This document shows, piece after piece, positions 20,289 to 28,587 of a stretch of DNA of 64,000 nucleotides. Made by a program: the position numbers and the translations under genes. Under the pieces are notes generated by a model. The model was not told the origin of the DNA, ran no database searches, and worked only from the letters and a program-made list of their open reading frames with translations. How positions within the stretch are numbered: the first letter of the stretch is position 1; every line of letters begins with the position of its first letter. Source of the stretch: Candidatus Bathyarchaeota archaeon (lineage in GTDB: Archaea > Thermoproteota > Bathyarchaeia > TCS64); assembly GCA_026014815.1 (NCBI GenBank), contig JAOZHP010000110.1, forward strand, positions 1,047-65,046. The letters run 5' to 3'.

Positions 20289-20867
20289 CTACTCTTTGTA
20301 TAAAAGATCATAATCAGTCAAGACCTCATAGATTTTTCCAACGGATTCATAGACCATTTCCGCGCTTTTAGCACCCGTGCAGACAAGCTTACCGGACGCA
20401 AAGAGAAGAAGAACAGTCTTAGGGTCCTGCATCCGGTAGATGAGGCCGGGGAACTGCTCTGGCTCGTACATCACGTTATCCAGTACATCCGCAGCGGTCT
20501 CCAAGTCGATCAATCCGTGGAGGTTCCCCGAGGCAACCATGTTCTGTATCACAATCTTTGGTTTACCCAGGATGACGATTCCATTGCTTTTTAACTCCCT
20601 GACTACCTTATTGACCGCGCTTCTCGCCTGTTTCTCTGACTTGGCGCCGGTGCACACCATTTTACCTGAGCTGAAGATTAAAGTGGCTGTCTTCGGCCTC
20701 TTGAGCCTGAAAACAAGGCCGGGGAACTGTTTCGGCCTGTACTCCACGTTCCTGAACACCTTCATGATATCAAGTAGGTTGATCTTCTGGTCGAGGCTTG
20801 CAGACGCTACGACGTTCACTATGTTGATGCCCAAGTCCCCGGGATCTATAATTGGTTCTTGTGTCAT
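20289..20867 (-). CDS. tbp: TATA-box binding protein
   Basis: Two repeats NVVAS...Y.P.QFPGL..R......LIF.SGK.VCTGAKS. Confidence 0.98.
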   Translation of the reverse strand: MTQEPIIDPGDLGINIVNVVASASLDQKINLLDIMKVFRNVEYRPKQFPGLVFRLKRPKTATLIFSSGKMVCTGAKSEKQARSAVNKVVRELKSNGIVILGKPKIVIQNMVASGNLHGLIDLETAADVLDNVMYEPEQFPGLIYRMQDPKTVLLLFASGKLVCTGAKSAEMVYESVGKIYEVLTDYDLLYKE

Positions 20868-21381
20868 ACTTTTTTACTCCGCGTGTGTGTTCAAGCATCG
20901 TTTCCTCGCAGGCAATGTGGCTTGAACAAGTGTCATATGGATACCTTCAACCGGGTTTAAATACGTCACGGTGAACCCCGGGAGGCGCACACGCACCTCG
21001 GTTTAAAATAGTCATATAATTATCAAGTCGTGGCGAATCCGCGCTTCGCGCGCTCATGAATAAAAAGACTGGTTATTTCTATAGAAATGTCTCCGGTTCC
21101 TTCCATGCGCTGTACATTCTATTCAGCCTCTCTGATATCTCAAGTATCCGCGGCCTCCGAACCCAATCCTAGGTCAGTAGACTAGTGGGGTTCAACCTAT
21201 ACCCCCATTTTTTTCTCGTATAATCGCAGTCCCGACTTGATGGAAAACATCCTTCGTTGAGCAGAGCGCGGAACGTCTCCACGTTAACAAATATGGCCAG
21301 ACCTCCACCAATGTACATGAACTCGGAGAGCAAAAAGCAGGGTTCCCGCGTTGAAGCGCTGAGTACCCGTAAAGGGGTAGC

Positions 21382-21474
21382 TCACTTCGCTGCTCGTTTC
21401 TCTTTACGCTTTTTTCTTTTTTCTTTTCTTTCCTTCTTGGTCAAAGGTTTCTTCTTAGCACTACGCATACCCAA
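21382..21474 (-). CDS. Very basic ~30-aa peptide
   Basis: GAGGCGA SD-like site, then TTG/ATG: MGMRSAKKKPLTKKERKEKRKKRKEKRAAK, TGA, hairpins and T-tract. Confidence 0.55.
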   Translation of the reverse strand: MGMRSAKKKPLTKKERKEKRKKRKEKRAAK

Positions 21475-21981
21475 TTCAATCGCCTCATACACTGATTGTA
21501 ATTGATGACACATAAGTCTATCAATCGATGATGACGCTCATCGCCTCAGATGGTGTCCAATCATCTTCAGTCTATGATACAATTGTGGTGAAGTGGATAA
21601 AATATTCAATTGAAAAGGATGGTGATATCATCACGAGATATAAATTTCGAACCTCACCTCCAGCACCATGTTTCTGGTGGAAAAGAGACATACTCACCGG
21701 TTAACATACACGTTTTTGTGCTTACTGGACGGCGTTTGTGAGCACATTTTGATCCAAACGGGGATGTTTTATGGCTTCTTTTAGGTAATAAGGCTTGTAT
21801 TTCCCTTTCCTTAGGTACCCCCCCGCCCCCCTGTTAGCGGCTATTCTTGTTTTAGGATAGGAAAGATGGTGATATCCTCTTTTAATCCATAATTTTTGGG
21901 GGTTTAACCAAGTTGCTGATTGTATCCTTGACTAATCTATACATTTATTTTCACTTCACCGAAAGTATATGTGGTGTAAAA

Positions 21982-22458
21982 ATGGGTGGAGAAGTGGAGC
22001 ACAGTACTGCTACAAAGGTGTATGCTCTCTATGGTGCACTATTCAAAGAGATTGCTAAAGAACTAGGAGAAGGGAAAGCTCTGACACTCCATAAGAATGC
22101 GCATGAATACATCGGACTGAATACAGGTAAACAAATTCGAGAACAGATGGGCGACATCGATTATGACCTTGAGACCCTCACCAAGATTCTCCAAAAAGGC
22201 AATCAAAGTATAGGCATTGAATGTCAGATGGTCAAAAGTGCTAATTCGCTTTTACTGAGAAACTTGAGGTGCCCAATGTATGATGGTTACCGATTGGGTG
22301 GATTGGATGATAAGCTAGCTGAGATGCTATGTCAGGTTGGGGCACCTGCTAAACTTTGGACCACACTCAAGCAGTTGAATCCTGATATTATTTACAGCCT
22401 GAATCACTATAGAGATGTACCTGACGAGAGATGTGAAGAAGAAGTCAAACTACCATAA
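21982..22458 (+). CDS. L-2-amino-thiazoline-4-carboxylate hydrolase-like (V4R-like) protein
   Basis: ELGEGKA helix, RCPMY, LC and C-terminal CE motifs; likely ATG 21982. Confidence 0.65.
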   Translation: MGGEVEHSTATKVYALYGALFKEIAKELGEGKALTLHKNAHEYIGLNTGKQIREQMGDIDYDLETLTKILQKGNQSIGIECQMVKSANSLLLRNLRCPMYDGYRLGGLDDKLAEMLCQVGAPAKLWTTLKQLNPDIIYSLNHYRDVPDERCEEEVKLP

Positions 22459-22493
22459 CTCTTTCTTTATCCATAATTTTGTCCACAATTCAC

Positions 22494-22521
22494 TGTAGAT
22501 CAGCATCTGAGTGGTTTCAAG
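22494..22521. repeat. Repeat A copy 1 (28-bp putative recombination site)
   Basis: TGTAGATCAGC-ATCTGA-GTGGTTTCAAG followed by A-tract. Confidence 0.8.
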
Positions 22522-22590
22522 AAAAAGATAGGAGACTCATTCAACGTATCAATATTAGAACTTTAACGTCAAAGGGCTTCTCAACGAGCA

Positions 22591-23337
22591 TCATTCATCC
22601 CAACTACCACTCAAGAACTCTAACGCTACACGTTTGATCTCTGAAACATATTTTTTTACAATCGAATGACCTGTATTCGGAGCAATCCACAGATACGAAT
22701 CTGGAATATAATTGTACATATTCACAGGAATAGATACAGGAAAGAAACCATCCCTATCACCATGGATTATCAGCGTCTTAGCCGTAATCGTAGAAAGATA
22801 AGGCGGTGTAAAATTCATATCATCGTAGCTATCTTTCATCTCGTAAAATTGATTCCACCACAGTCTAATCTGCTCATCGCCATGAAGGTGGATACTACGG
22901 TAGTAATTCCATTGATCTTCAGTCAAATCATCAATATTTTCTTGAGCCATTAACTCACGACATTCCTTTGGAAAATGTGGAGAGGCAGAGACAAGTATCA
23001 TAGCCTCAACACGCTTGGGCTCCTGAGTTGCCATGTGGATCAAAGTCATACCTCCTGAGCTCCATCCAACGGCTTTGAATCTCTCAATTTTTAAATGGTC
23101 AAGTAAGGCGTAGATGTCGAGTGCCGATTGTCTGTGTGTGAACTTTTTAGACGGGTTAGTTGAACGTCCGTGTCCCCTCATGTCAGGGATGATTAGCTTG
23201 TAACGTTTTTTGAAGTCTGGGATGAATGGGTTCCACATTTGGTTAGACCATGAAAATCCATGTAGGAGCACAAGCGGTTCACCTTCTCCATGAACTTCAA
23301 AGTACATCTCTATGTCGTTGACCTTAGCCAGAGGCAT
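22591..23337 (-). CDS. Alpha/beta hydrolase
   Basis: LLHGF, DMRGHGRS, GWSSGG nucleophile elbow, GDRD, GH. Confidence 0.92.
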   Translation of the reverse strand: MPLAKVNDIEMYFEVHGEGEPLVLLHGFSWSNQMWNPFIPDFKKRYKLIIPDMRGHGRSTNPSKKFTHRQSALDIYALLDHLKIERFKAVGWSSGGMTLIHMATQEPKRVEAMILVSASPHFPKECRELMAQENIDDLTEDQWNYYRSIHLHGDEQIRLWWNQFYEMKDSYDDMNFTPPYLSTITAKTLIIHGDRDGFFPVSIPVNMYNYIPDSYLWIAPNTGHSIVKKYVSEIKRVALEFLSGSWDE

Positions 23338-23455
23338 CTATTCATCCCTCCAATGAAATTCAGAACTCATCCAAGAATGGTTGAAGACGATTTAACGGTT
23401 TAGAGGGAAGAACACTCAGAACTCAAGACCTGACTGCCCCATACTCTTTTCTTCA

Positions 23456-23483
23456 CTAGAAACAGCATCTGAGTGGTTTCAAG
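23456..23483. repeat. Repeat A copy 2
   Basis: CTAGAAACAGC-ATCTGA-GTGGTTTCAAG; arms 8/11 inverted-complementary. Confidence 0.8.
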
Positions 23484-23519
23484 AAAAAAGATGGAGAATA
23501 GCTAGGGCTCTCGACTGCT

Positions 23520-23924
23520 TCATTCCTGTAACTGCTGTACCGCCATATCGGGATTGTAGAAGATCTTGAAGACCTTAACCTTCCCATCCTTGAAATCCAC
23601 GATCCAAACCGCCACCATTTCAACCCTCTTCCCAGTCGCAGGAATCCCGGCAACGTCCTCACCAGTATGAACACCAGTCCAGTGAACCTCCGCTACAACC
23701 GTATCACCCTTGGAGATCATGCGATCCACCCGATAGACGCCATCAGACCATATCGAGAAACTTCCCTCGAACAACTCACGTAATCCCTTTTTGTCCCGTT
23801 TCTCTCCTCCAACCGTTTGAACAGTCACATCATCGGTGAAGTACTCCAGCATCTCGTCAAGTTTACGAAGATCTATCAATTCCACAATCTTGCCGATGAT
23901 CTTCTCGTTCTCACTCTCAGTCAA
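23520..23924 (-). CDS. SnoaL-like ester cyclase / NTF2 family protein
   Basis: GDTVVAEVHWTGVHTG...GIPATGKRV...FKDGKV; likely TTG start at 23924 (the ORF-track extension lies in repeat B). Confidence 0.85.
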   Translation of the reverse strand: MTESENEKIIGKIVELIDLRKLDEMLEYFTDDVTVQTVGGEKRDKKGLRELFEGSFSIWSDGVYRVDRMISKGDTVVAEVHWTGVHTGEDVAGIPATGKRVEMVAVWIVDFKDGKVKVFKIFYNPDMAVQQLQE

Positions 23925-23945
23925 TTCTTCATCACTCTTCCCATT

Positions 23946-24050
23946 CTTGTTGGTATTTGTATAGCCCCCCACCTCGGGGCTAGGTTCCACCAGTTAGCCA
24001 GTGGAACCTTGAATTTCATCTGATCCTAAGAATCTATAATGTTTTGGATA
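23946..24050 (-). promoter_or_regulatory. Repeat B copy 1: BRE/TATA plus two-hairpin 5' leader
   Basis: Minus strand CAAAACATTATAGA...AGGTTCCACTGG-CTAA-CTGGTGGAACCT then AGCCCC-GAGGTGG-GGGGCT. Confidence 0.7.
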
Positions 24051-24076
24051 GTTTATCTGTTCTGCGTGGTTTCGAT
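24049..24076. repeat. Degenerate repeat A copy
   Basis: TTCTGC-GTGGTTTCGAT resembles spacer plus right arm; same position relative to repeat B as the other copies. Confidence 0.45.
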
Positions 24077-24164
24077 GAAAACCGCCACTTTTCTCGCTGA
24101 GGGCGGGGAGCTCCGAGAAGTGTAGAAAAAGAAGGGAAAAAAGAGCATTGGTTGAGGGTTTAAG

Positions 24165-24974
24165 CTATTTTTTAGATTTCAACCTTGTATTTGATAATGA
24201 ATATAAACTGTTTTTGGTCTCTTTCAGGATTTCTAAGTCTAAATCCATTAGAAATGTGTCACAATCTGCCTTTGTTAATCTGCTTAACCCAATTGCTCTT
24301 GCCCAGTCAATACATTGATCAACTAACGAAGAAAGTTCCTCTCTTTCCTGTTTTATCCTCTCAAGATATTGATTTTCTAATCTCAATTGCATTTTTTCAA
24401 GAATGTCTCTTTCCGTATCTGCTAGCAAGTCTAGTTCATATTCAGATGTAAACCTACGAACATCAACAAGTCGTGCTTTATCCAGACCTCTTTCGAATAG
24501 CCAGTCACCAAATCTATCAACATAAGACGGTAACTCTGCTCGTTCTAGTTCCATTCGTGTCTGCCTTTCTTGTTCTCGTTCTTTTTCCTGCTCCATCGAG
24601 AACAGTGCCCTAGCTTTGCTAATTTTCATCTCGATTTCAAAAGGTAGTCCGAACCTTTCATCGAGTCCTTTTGATCGTAAAAACAAGTCAAACATATTAT
24701 AGGACGGTTGAATTTCTGGGTCTGGAAACTCAGTTTGTATGAAAGTTACATACTCAGAAGCTAAGTCTTGAGGGGAGATCGTCTTAAGATAATCTGGGAC
24801 TTCTCTAGGCGATATTTCAGGATAATATTCTATTTGCCCTGATTCAATATCTTCCTCTGAAGGGATAGCCGTTTGAATTTTTTGTAGAAAATTTACGACC
24901 ATGCAGTTTTCATCGAGCCACATAACACATTGATTGCCTTTACATTCTTCTTTATAGAAGGGACAAAAACTCAC
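24165..24974 (-). CDS. Hypothetical protein (N-terminal Cys cluster, internally repeated helical domain)
   Basis: CPFYKEEC...C.....C; two similar segments ERAELPSYVD / EREELSSLVD; overlaps upstream gene. Confidence 0.7.
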   Translation of the reverse strand: MSFCPFYKEECKGNQCVMWLDENCMVVNFLQKIQTAIPSEEDIESGQIEYYPEISPREVPDYLKTISPQDLASEYVTFIQTEFPDPEIQPSYNMFDLFLRSKGLDERFGLPFEIEMKISKARALFSMEQEKEREQERQTRMELERAELPSYVDRFGDWLFERGLDKARLVDVRRFTSEYELDLLADTERDILEKMQLRLENQYLERIKQEREELSSLVDQCIDWARAIGLSRLTKADCDTFLMDLDLEILKETKNSLYSLSNTRLKSKK

Positions 24975-25885
24975 TTTTCTGACACCCTCCCAAGTTCTTC
25001 AAAAGCATTCTCAATCTGAGCAGAAAGTTTTCTCTTGTATTCTTTGACAACAGAGGTTATCTTATCAATGTCTCGAATATTGCGAGTTTTCAGGCTTTCA
25101 GCGGTATTATTTATTGTATCAAGTGATTTGCTGAGTGTTTGAATTTCAGTAATAATATCGTTAACTTTTGTGAGTGTTTTACTCAAATCCTCAGTTGGCT
25201 GATCCTGTATCTTGAGAGTTTCCAACTCGATGAGTTTCTTAACAATATAGAAGGCAAACAAGTGACCAGAATGGTTTAACTCGCTCTCCACCACGAAAAC
25301 TGCGGTTCGGTCCAAGTTATGTTTTAAATTAATGCAACTTGAACACTTGGAAATTCTCGAACGAAGAGATACAAAGATTCCATATTTTGTGTCTCTAACT
25401 TCCATATCTCTCCAGAACTTGTCTACTTGTGAGGTAGGGACTATACCCGTGTAGTCTTTTACTTCAATTAGAACAGGCGTGCTAGAACTGGCGACAGTAG
25501 CTAGAATGTCTGAGTGTCTACCGATTCCTGAAACATCCTCGAAAGAATCATCCATAAAATGTTCTTCAAAACTTTTGAAAACAGCTTCCTCAGTAAATTC
25601 TCCTCGTTTTGCTGGGGTCATTACTGTTGGAACAATGTGCTTTAGTTGTTCTCTAATCGTATTGATGTCTTGTCTGAGTGGTGAAAAGAATGCTTCTACT
25701 GATTCTTTACTAGTACTAATTGAAGCATGTGTAACGACCATATCGCCAAGAATAATATATTTTTCAATTATACTGTCTCGCTGTTCTTCTGGAATAGTTT
25801 CAACAATTTTAATCGCTGTTGGGTCGGTCAATGTAAGCTCAAGTTTTACTTCGTTTTGGGGTTGGTTGAGAATCATTAGTTTCAA
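24971..25885 (-). CDS. PD-(D/E)xK restriction-endonuclease-like protein with coiled coil
   Basis: KRGEFTEE...SDIL....LIEVKDY...VDKFWRDM. Confidence 0.7.
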   Translation of the reverse strand: MKLMILNQPQNEVKLELTLTDPTAIKIVETIPEEQRDSIIEKYIILGDMVVTHASISTSKESVEAFFSPLRQDINTIREQLKHIVPTVMTPAKRGEFTEEAVFKSFEEHFMDDSFEDVSGIGRHSDILATVASSSTPVLIEVKDYTGIVPTSQVDKFWRDMEVRDTKYGIFVSLRSRISKCSSCINLKHNLDRTAVFVVESELNHSGHLFAFYIVKKLIELETLKIQDQPTEDLSKTLTKVNDIITEIQTLSKSLDTINNTAESLKTRNIRDIDKITSVVKEYKRKLSAQIENAFEELGRVSEK

Positions 25886-25918
25886 TCAAGAAGTGTAACT
25901 ATTTATTGTTTTTGAAAC

Positions 25919-26110
25919 ATCCCCCCACGGGTCGGGGCACCCTATGAATTTTCAAGATAGGGGTATGCCTTCTAGGATGCTGTGCCCCAAGTTACAATGT
26001 TACCCTCCTTAGAGGGGTTCATTAGATAGGGTAGCGTCCTTGGGCGCTGTGCTTTGTAGACTCAGTTTTGCCGTCTTCAGACGGTCACATTAAATCAGCT
26101 GAAGGGGTAC
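25919..26110 (+). ncRNA. Candidate ~190-nt multi-hairpin non-coding RNA
   Basis: GGGGCAC/GTGCCCC, CCTAT/ATAGG, CCCTC/GAGGG, TAGCGTCC/GGGCGCTG and GCCGTC/GACGGT helices; G-U pairs only work on the + strand. Confidence 0.45.
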
Positions 26111-26219
26111 CAAGAAGAGGAAAAAATTTTAAATATGTAGGGCTGTTCTGTGTGACGTTACAAATTAGCTACCACGTCTAAAAATTAGCTAATTAGATAA
26201 TCGACTAATACCCCTTTCT

Positions 26220-26310
26220 TAGTTCTCCCCACTTTGGAGCTAGGGCTCCACCAGTTAGCCAGTAGAACCTTGAGTGACATCTTATCCTTTACGTCTATAA
26301 CGTTTTGGAC
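26220..26310 (-). promoter_or_regulatory. Repeat B copy 2 (no ORF directly downstream)
   Basis: CAAAACGTTATAGA...AGGTTCTACTGG-CTAA-CTGGTGGAGCCC TAGCTCC...GGAG. Confidence 0.65.
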
Positions 26311-26329
26311 GTTCAAAGATGAATTCAAA

Positions 26330-26357
26330 CTAGAAAAAGCATCTGAGTGGACTCAAG
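26330..26357. repeat. Repeat A copy 3
   Basis: CTAGAAAAAGC-ATCTGA-GTGGACTCAAG plus A-tract. Confidence 0.75.
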
Positions 26358-26396
26358 AAAAAGAGGGGGAATCAGCTAGTTCGGTTTTTCGGATGA

Positions 26397-26579
26397 CTAC
26401 TCGTCTTTAAAAGCAGCTTTAACTTTCGCTACCAGTTCGGGCGTGAGTTCAATCTCTGGATGTACGTTTTTTGCGTGTTCAGCAATAAGTTCCATGAGAC
26501 CTTCCTCGGTTTCGCTAGAGGCTGACCAATCACAGTCCACACCTACATCTCTACAAGCATATGTTTTTACCATCTTCAT
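26397..26579 (-). CDS. DUF1059 small metal-binding protein
   Basis: ACRDVGVDC...EHAKNVH pattern; AGGAG SD. Confidence 0.85.
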   Translation of the reverse strand: MKMVKTYACRDVGVDCDWSASSETEEGLMELIAEHAKNVHPEIELTPELVAKVKAAFKDE

Positions 26580-26600
26580 TTCTCCTTGTTCTTTCTTTCA

Positions 26601-26700
26601 CTTCTTGGTAATTGTATAGCTCCCAACTCCGGAGCTAGGACTCCACCAGCTAACCAGCAGAACCTTGAGTGTCAATAGACTCAAATAATATTTAACAACT
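26601..26700 (-). promoter_or_regulatory. Repeat B copy 3: TATA plus two-hairpin leader of the DUF1059 gene
   Basis: TTAAATA ~30 nt before AGGTTCTGCTGG-TTAG-CTGGTGGAGTCC TAGCTCC-GGAGTTG-GGAGCTA. Confidence 0.7.
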
Positions 26701-26814
26701 TGTAAAGGATTTAATGATTTTATTTTCTTATTGTATATAATATTCGTGAAATCCAGCGTTTTGATAACGAGCTTCGACAATATTCAAATAACTATCTCCT
26801 CGACTTTTATCCTA

Positions 26815-26842
26815 CTAAATTCAGCATCTGAGTGGTTTCAAG
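26815..26842. repeat. Repeat A copy 4
   Basis: CTAAATTCAGC-ATCTGA-GTGGTTTCAAG plus A-tract. Confidence 0.8.
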
Positions 26843-26932
26843 AAAAAAAGGGAGGGACTCGAACCCTACTATATGTGGTGATATCACCCGATATCTCCTT
26901 TTTTTATATATCGTATGTAGGACCATGAAGAA

Positions 26933-27001
26933 TTTTTTATCTCAATATGACAAATTACTTGAAGCCAAAAAAAATATGGTGCAGGGGGTGGGATGCCCAC
27001 A
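26933..27001 (-). repeat. Degenerate duplicate of the tRNA-Leu 3' end and downstream flank (att-like)
   Basis: ctcaatatgacaaattacttgaagc...atggtgcagggggtggga matches 29552-29601 ctcaatattacaggttacttgaagc...atggtgcggagggtggga. Confidence 0.8.
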
Positions 27002-27034
27002 CAAAAATACTAGTAAAAACCGTGTGTGAGCATA

Positions 27035-27568
27035 TTATAATGGGAAGAGTTCTCTTTCTAATTCGTTCATCTTCTCCCTGAATCGCACATTAAAATCGCT
27101 AACCAATTCGAGATACGTCGCAAACCACGCCTCAAATACTATAACAACTTCATGAAGCCGCTTTGCCTCGTCACTATTTTTTTCTTCATCAGAGAGATTG
27201 TTCCACTCATCAAGAATTGATTCAATAACATCTAGCTTGCCAGTGACAAATCGTTCAGATATGTCTACGGTCCTCTTGAATTCGTCAAAGAAGGATTTTG
27301 CTCGTTCACCATACAACTGGGTACGGGAGCCTGGTTTAGACTCTTTTCTGATCAAGCCCCGTTGCTCTAAATTTGATAAATACCTTGATATTTGTGATCT
27401 TGAGTATCCGGTTTTTTCTGAGATCTTTTCTTGAGTAAGTGGTTCAGGAGATAATACGATCATAGAGTAGATACAGGCTATCGTTGGCTCGGTTCCCCTG
27501 AATCTGACTATGTCCTCAAGAACCCCTAGGAACGCCTCATGTAGTTTTTCGTACCCGTTGTTTGTCAT
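27035..27568 (-). CDS. GbsR/MarR-type winged-helix transcriptional regulator
   Basis: EPLTQEKISEKTGYSRSQISRYLSNLEQRGLI HTH plus coiled C-terminus. Confidence 0.85.
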   Translation of the reverse strand: MTNNGYEKLHEAFLGVLEDIVRFRGTEPTIACIYSMIVLSPEPLTQEKISEKTGYSRSQISRYLSNLEQRGLIRKESKPGSRTQLYGERAKSFFDEFKRTVDISERFVTGKLDVIESILDEWNNLSDEEKNSDEAKRLHEVVIVFEAWFATYLELVSDFNVRFREKMNELERELFPL

Positions 27569-27682
27569 TGTTATCTTCTCTTATTGTTTTATAGAAAGTT
27601 CCATAGTGCTACACTAGAAAAGTGAGGATATTATAGTTACTTTCTCTACCATATATAATGTAAAACCTATTTGAAAGCTTTG

Positions 27683-28435
27683 TTATTCTTTCTTTAATTC
27701 TTTTCTCTCTATTTTATTTAATATAACGCCACATGATTTACACTTATAATCAACATCATAAACCTTCGAAACTACATCATTACTTTCATCTTCTTTAATT
27801 AATTTTGATTCAAAATATTCCAAAGACCCAATATTATTACAAACCTCACATCTAGTTCTTTCACTTATTTCTAATATAGACAATGGAATTAACCCCAAAA
27901 TAATTGATATACCCAAATATGTAGGATATCCTGTTAATATATCTCTATTGAAATAAATGGCATAAAAAATAGGGGTTTCAAATAATACAAATAAAACCAC
28001 CATTATAATTTTTTCTTTTATTAGCGGAGTTGTTTGATTATCATATACATATTGTGAATATTTTTCAATTAAACTACTCACAACATTAAACCATGAAGAC
28101 CCCTGCGGAAATTCATCTATTGATAGTGGCGAATTTGAAGTAATATCCTGAATAAATGTAACTTTTGATACCATATCAAACCATTGATCTCTGTGTTTTT
28201 TTAATTCTGAAGGAGTGTATTTTCTTCCTTTGGGATGATTTGGGTTATATGAACCCACATCGGCATGACAATCAAAACAGAGAGGAATCCCATTATCCTC
28301 ATCGTTTCCTCCATCAGGTTCTATATGATGAATTTCGATTTTTGTACCCTTGAAAGTTCTACAAAGACAACAACGCCTATTACTTTTTACTAATAAAGAT
28401 TCAGCTACAATTGGTGGAAATGGTTTAGGAGGCAT
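27683..28435 (-). CDS. HNH endonuclease fused to two TM helices and a C-terminal Zn ribbon
   Basis: RRCCLC...EIHHI......N...LCFDCH; hydrophobic segments; CEVC...CKSC; likely ATG at 28435. Confidence 0.8.
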   Translation of the reverse strand: MPPKPFPPIVAESLLVKSNRRCCLCRTFKGTKIEIHHIEPDGGNDEDNGIPLCFDCHADVGSYNPNHPKGRKYTPSELKKHRDQWFDMVSKVTFIQDITSNSPLSIDEFPQGSSWFNVVSSLIEKYSQYVYDNQTTPLIKEKIIMVVLFVLFETPIFYAIYFNRDILTGYPTYLGISIILGLIPLSILEISERTRCEVCNNIGSLEYFESKLIKEDESNDVVSKVYDVDYKCKSCGVILNKIERKELKKE

Positions 28436-28587
28436 TGAAATTACCTTTAATTTTAGTATTATTTTAGGGTTGTTAAGAATTTGGACAGATTTTGTAAGGA
28501 CCATTGCCCCCCCCGCTAATTTCTTCGGGTGAAACTCAGAAGGTGGGGGGGCTGCGAAATTAATTATACTTGTATGTGTAACTGAAA

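Noticed and set aside
21257-21505. 82-aa plus-strand ORF
   Set aside because: Antisense shadow of the basic peptide's purine-rich tract
22494-26842. CRISPR array
   Set aside because: Repeats are separated by 0.5-2.3 kb gene-containing segments, not 30-40-nt spacers; no cas genes
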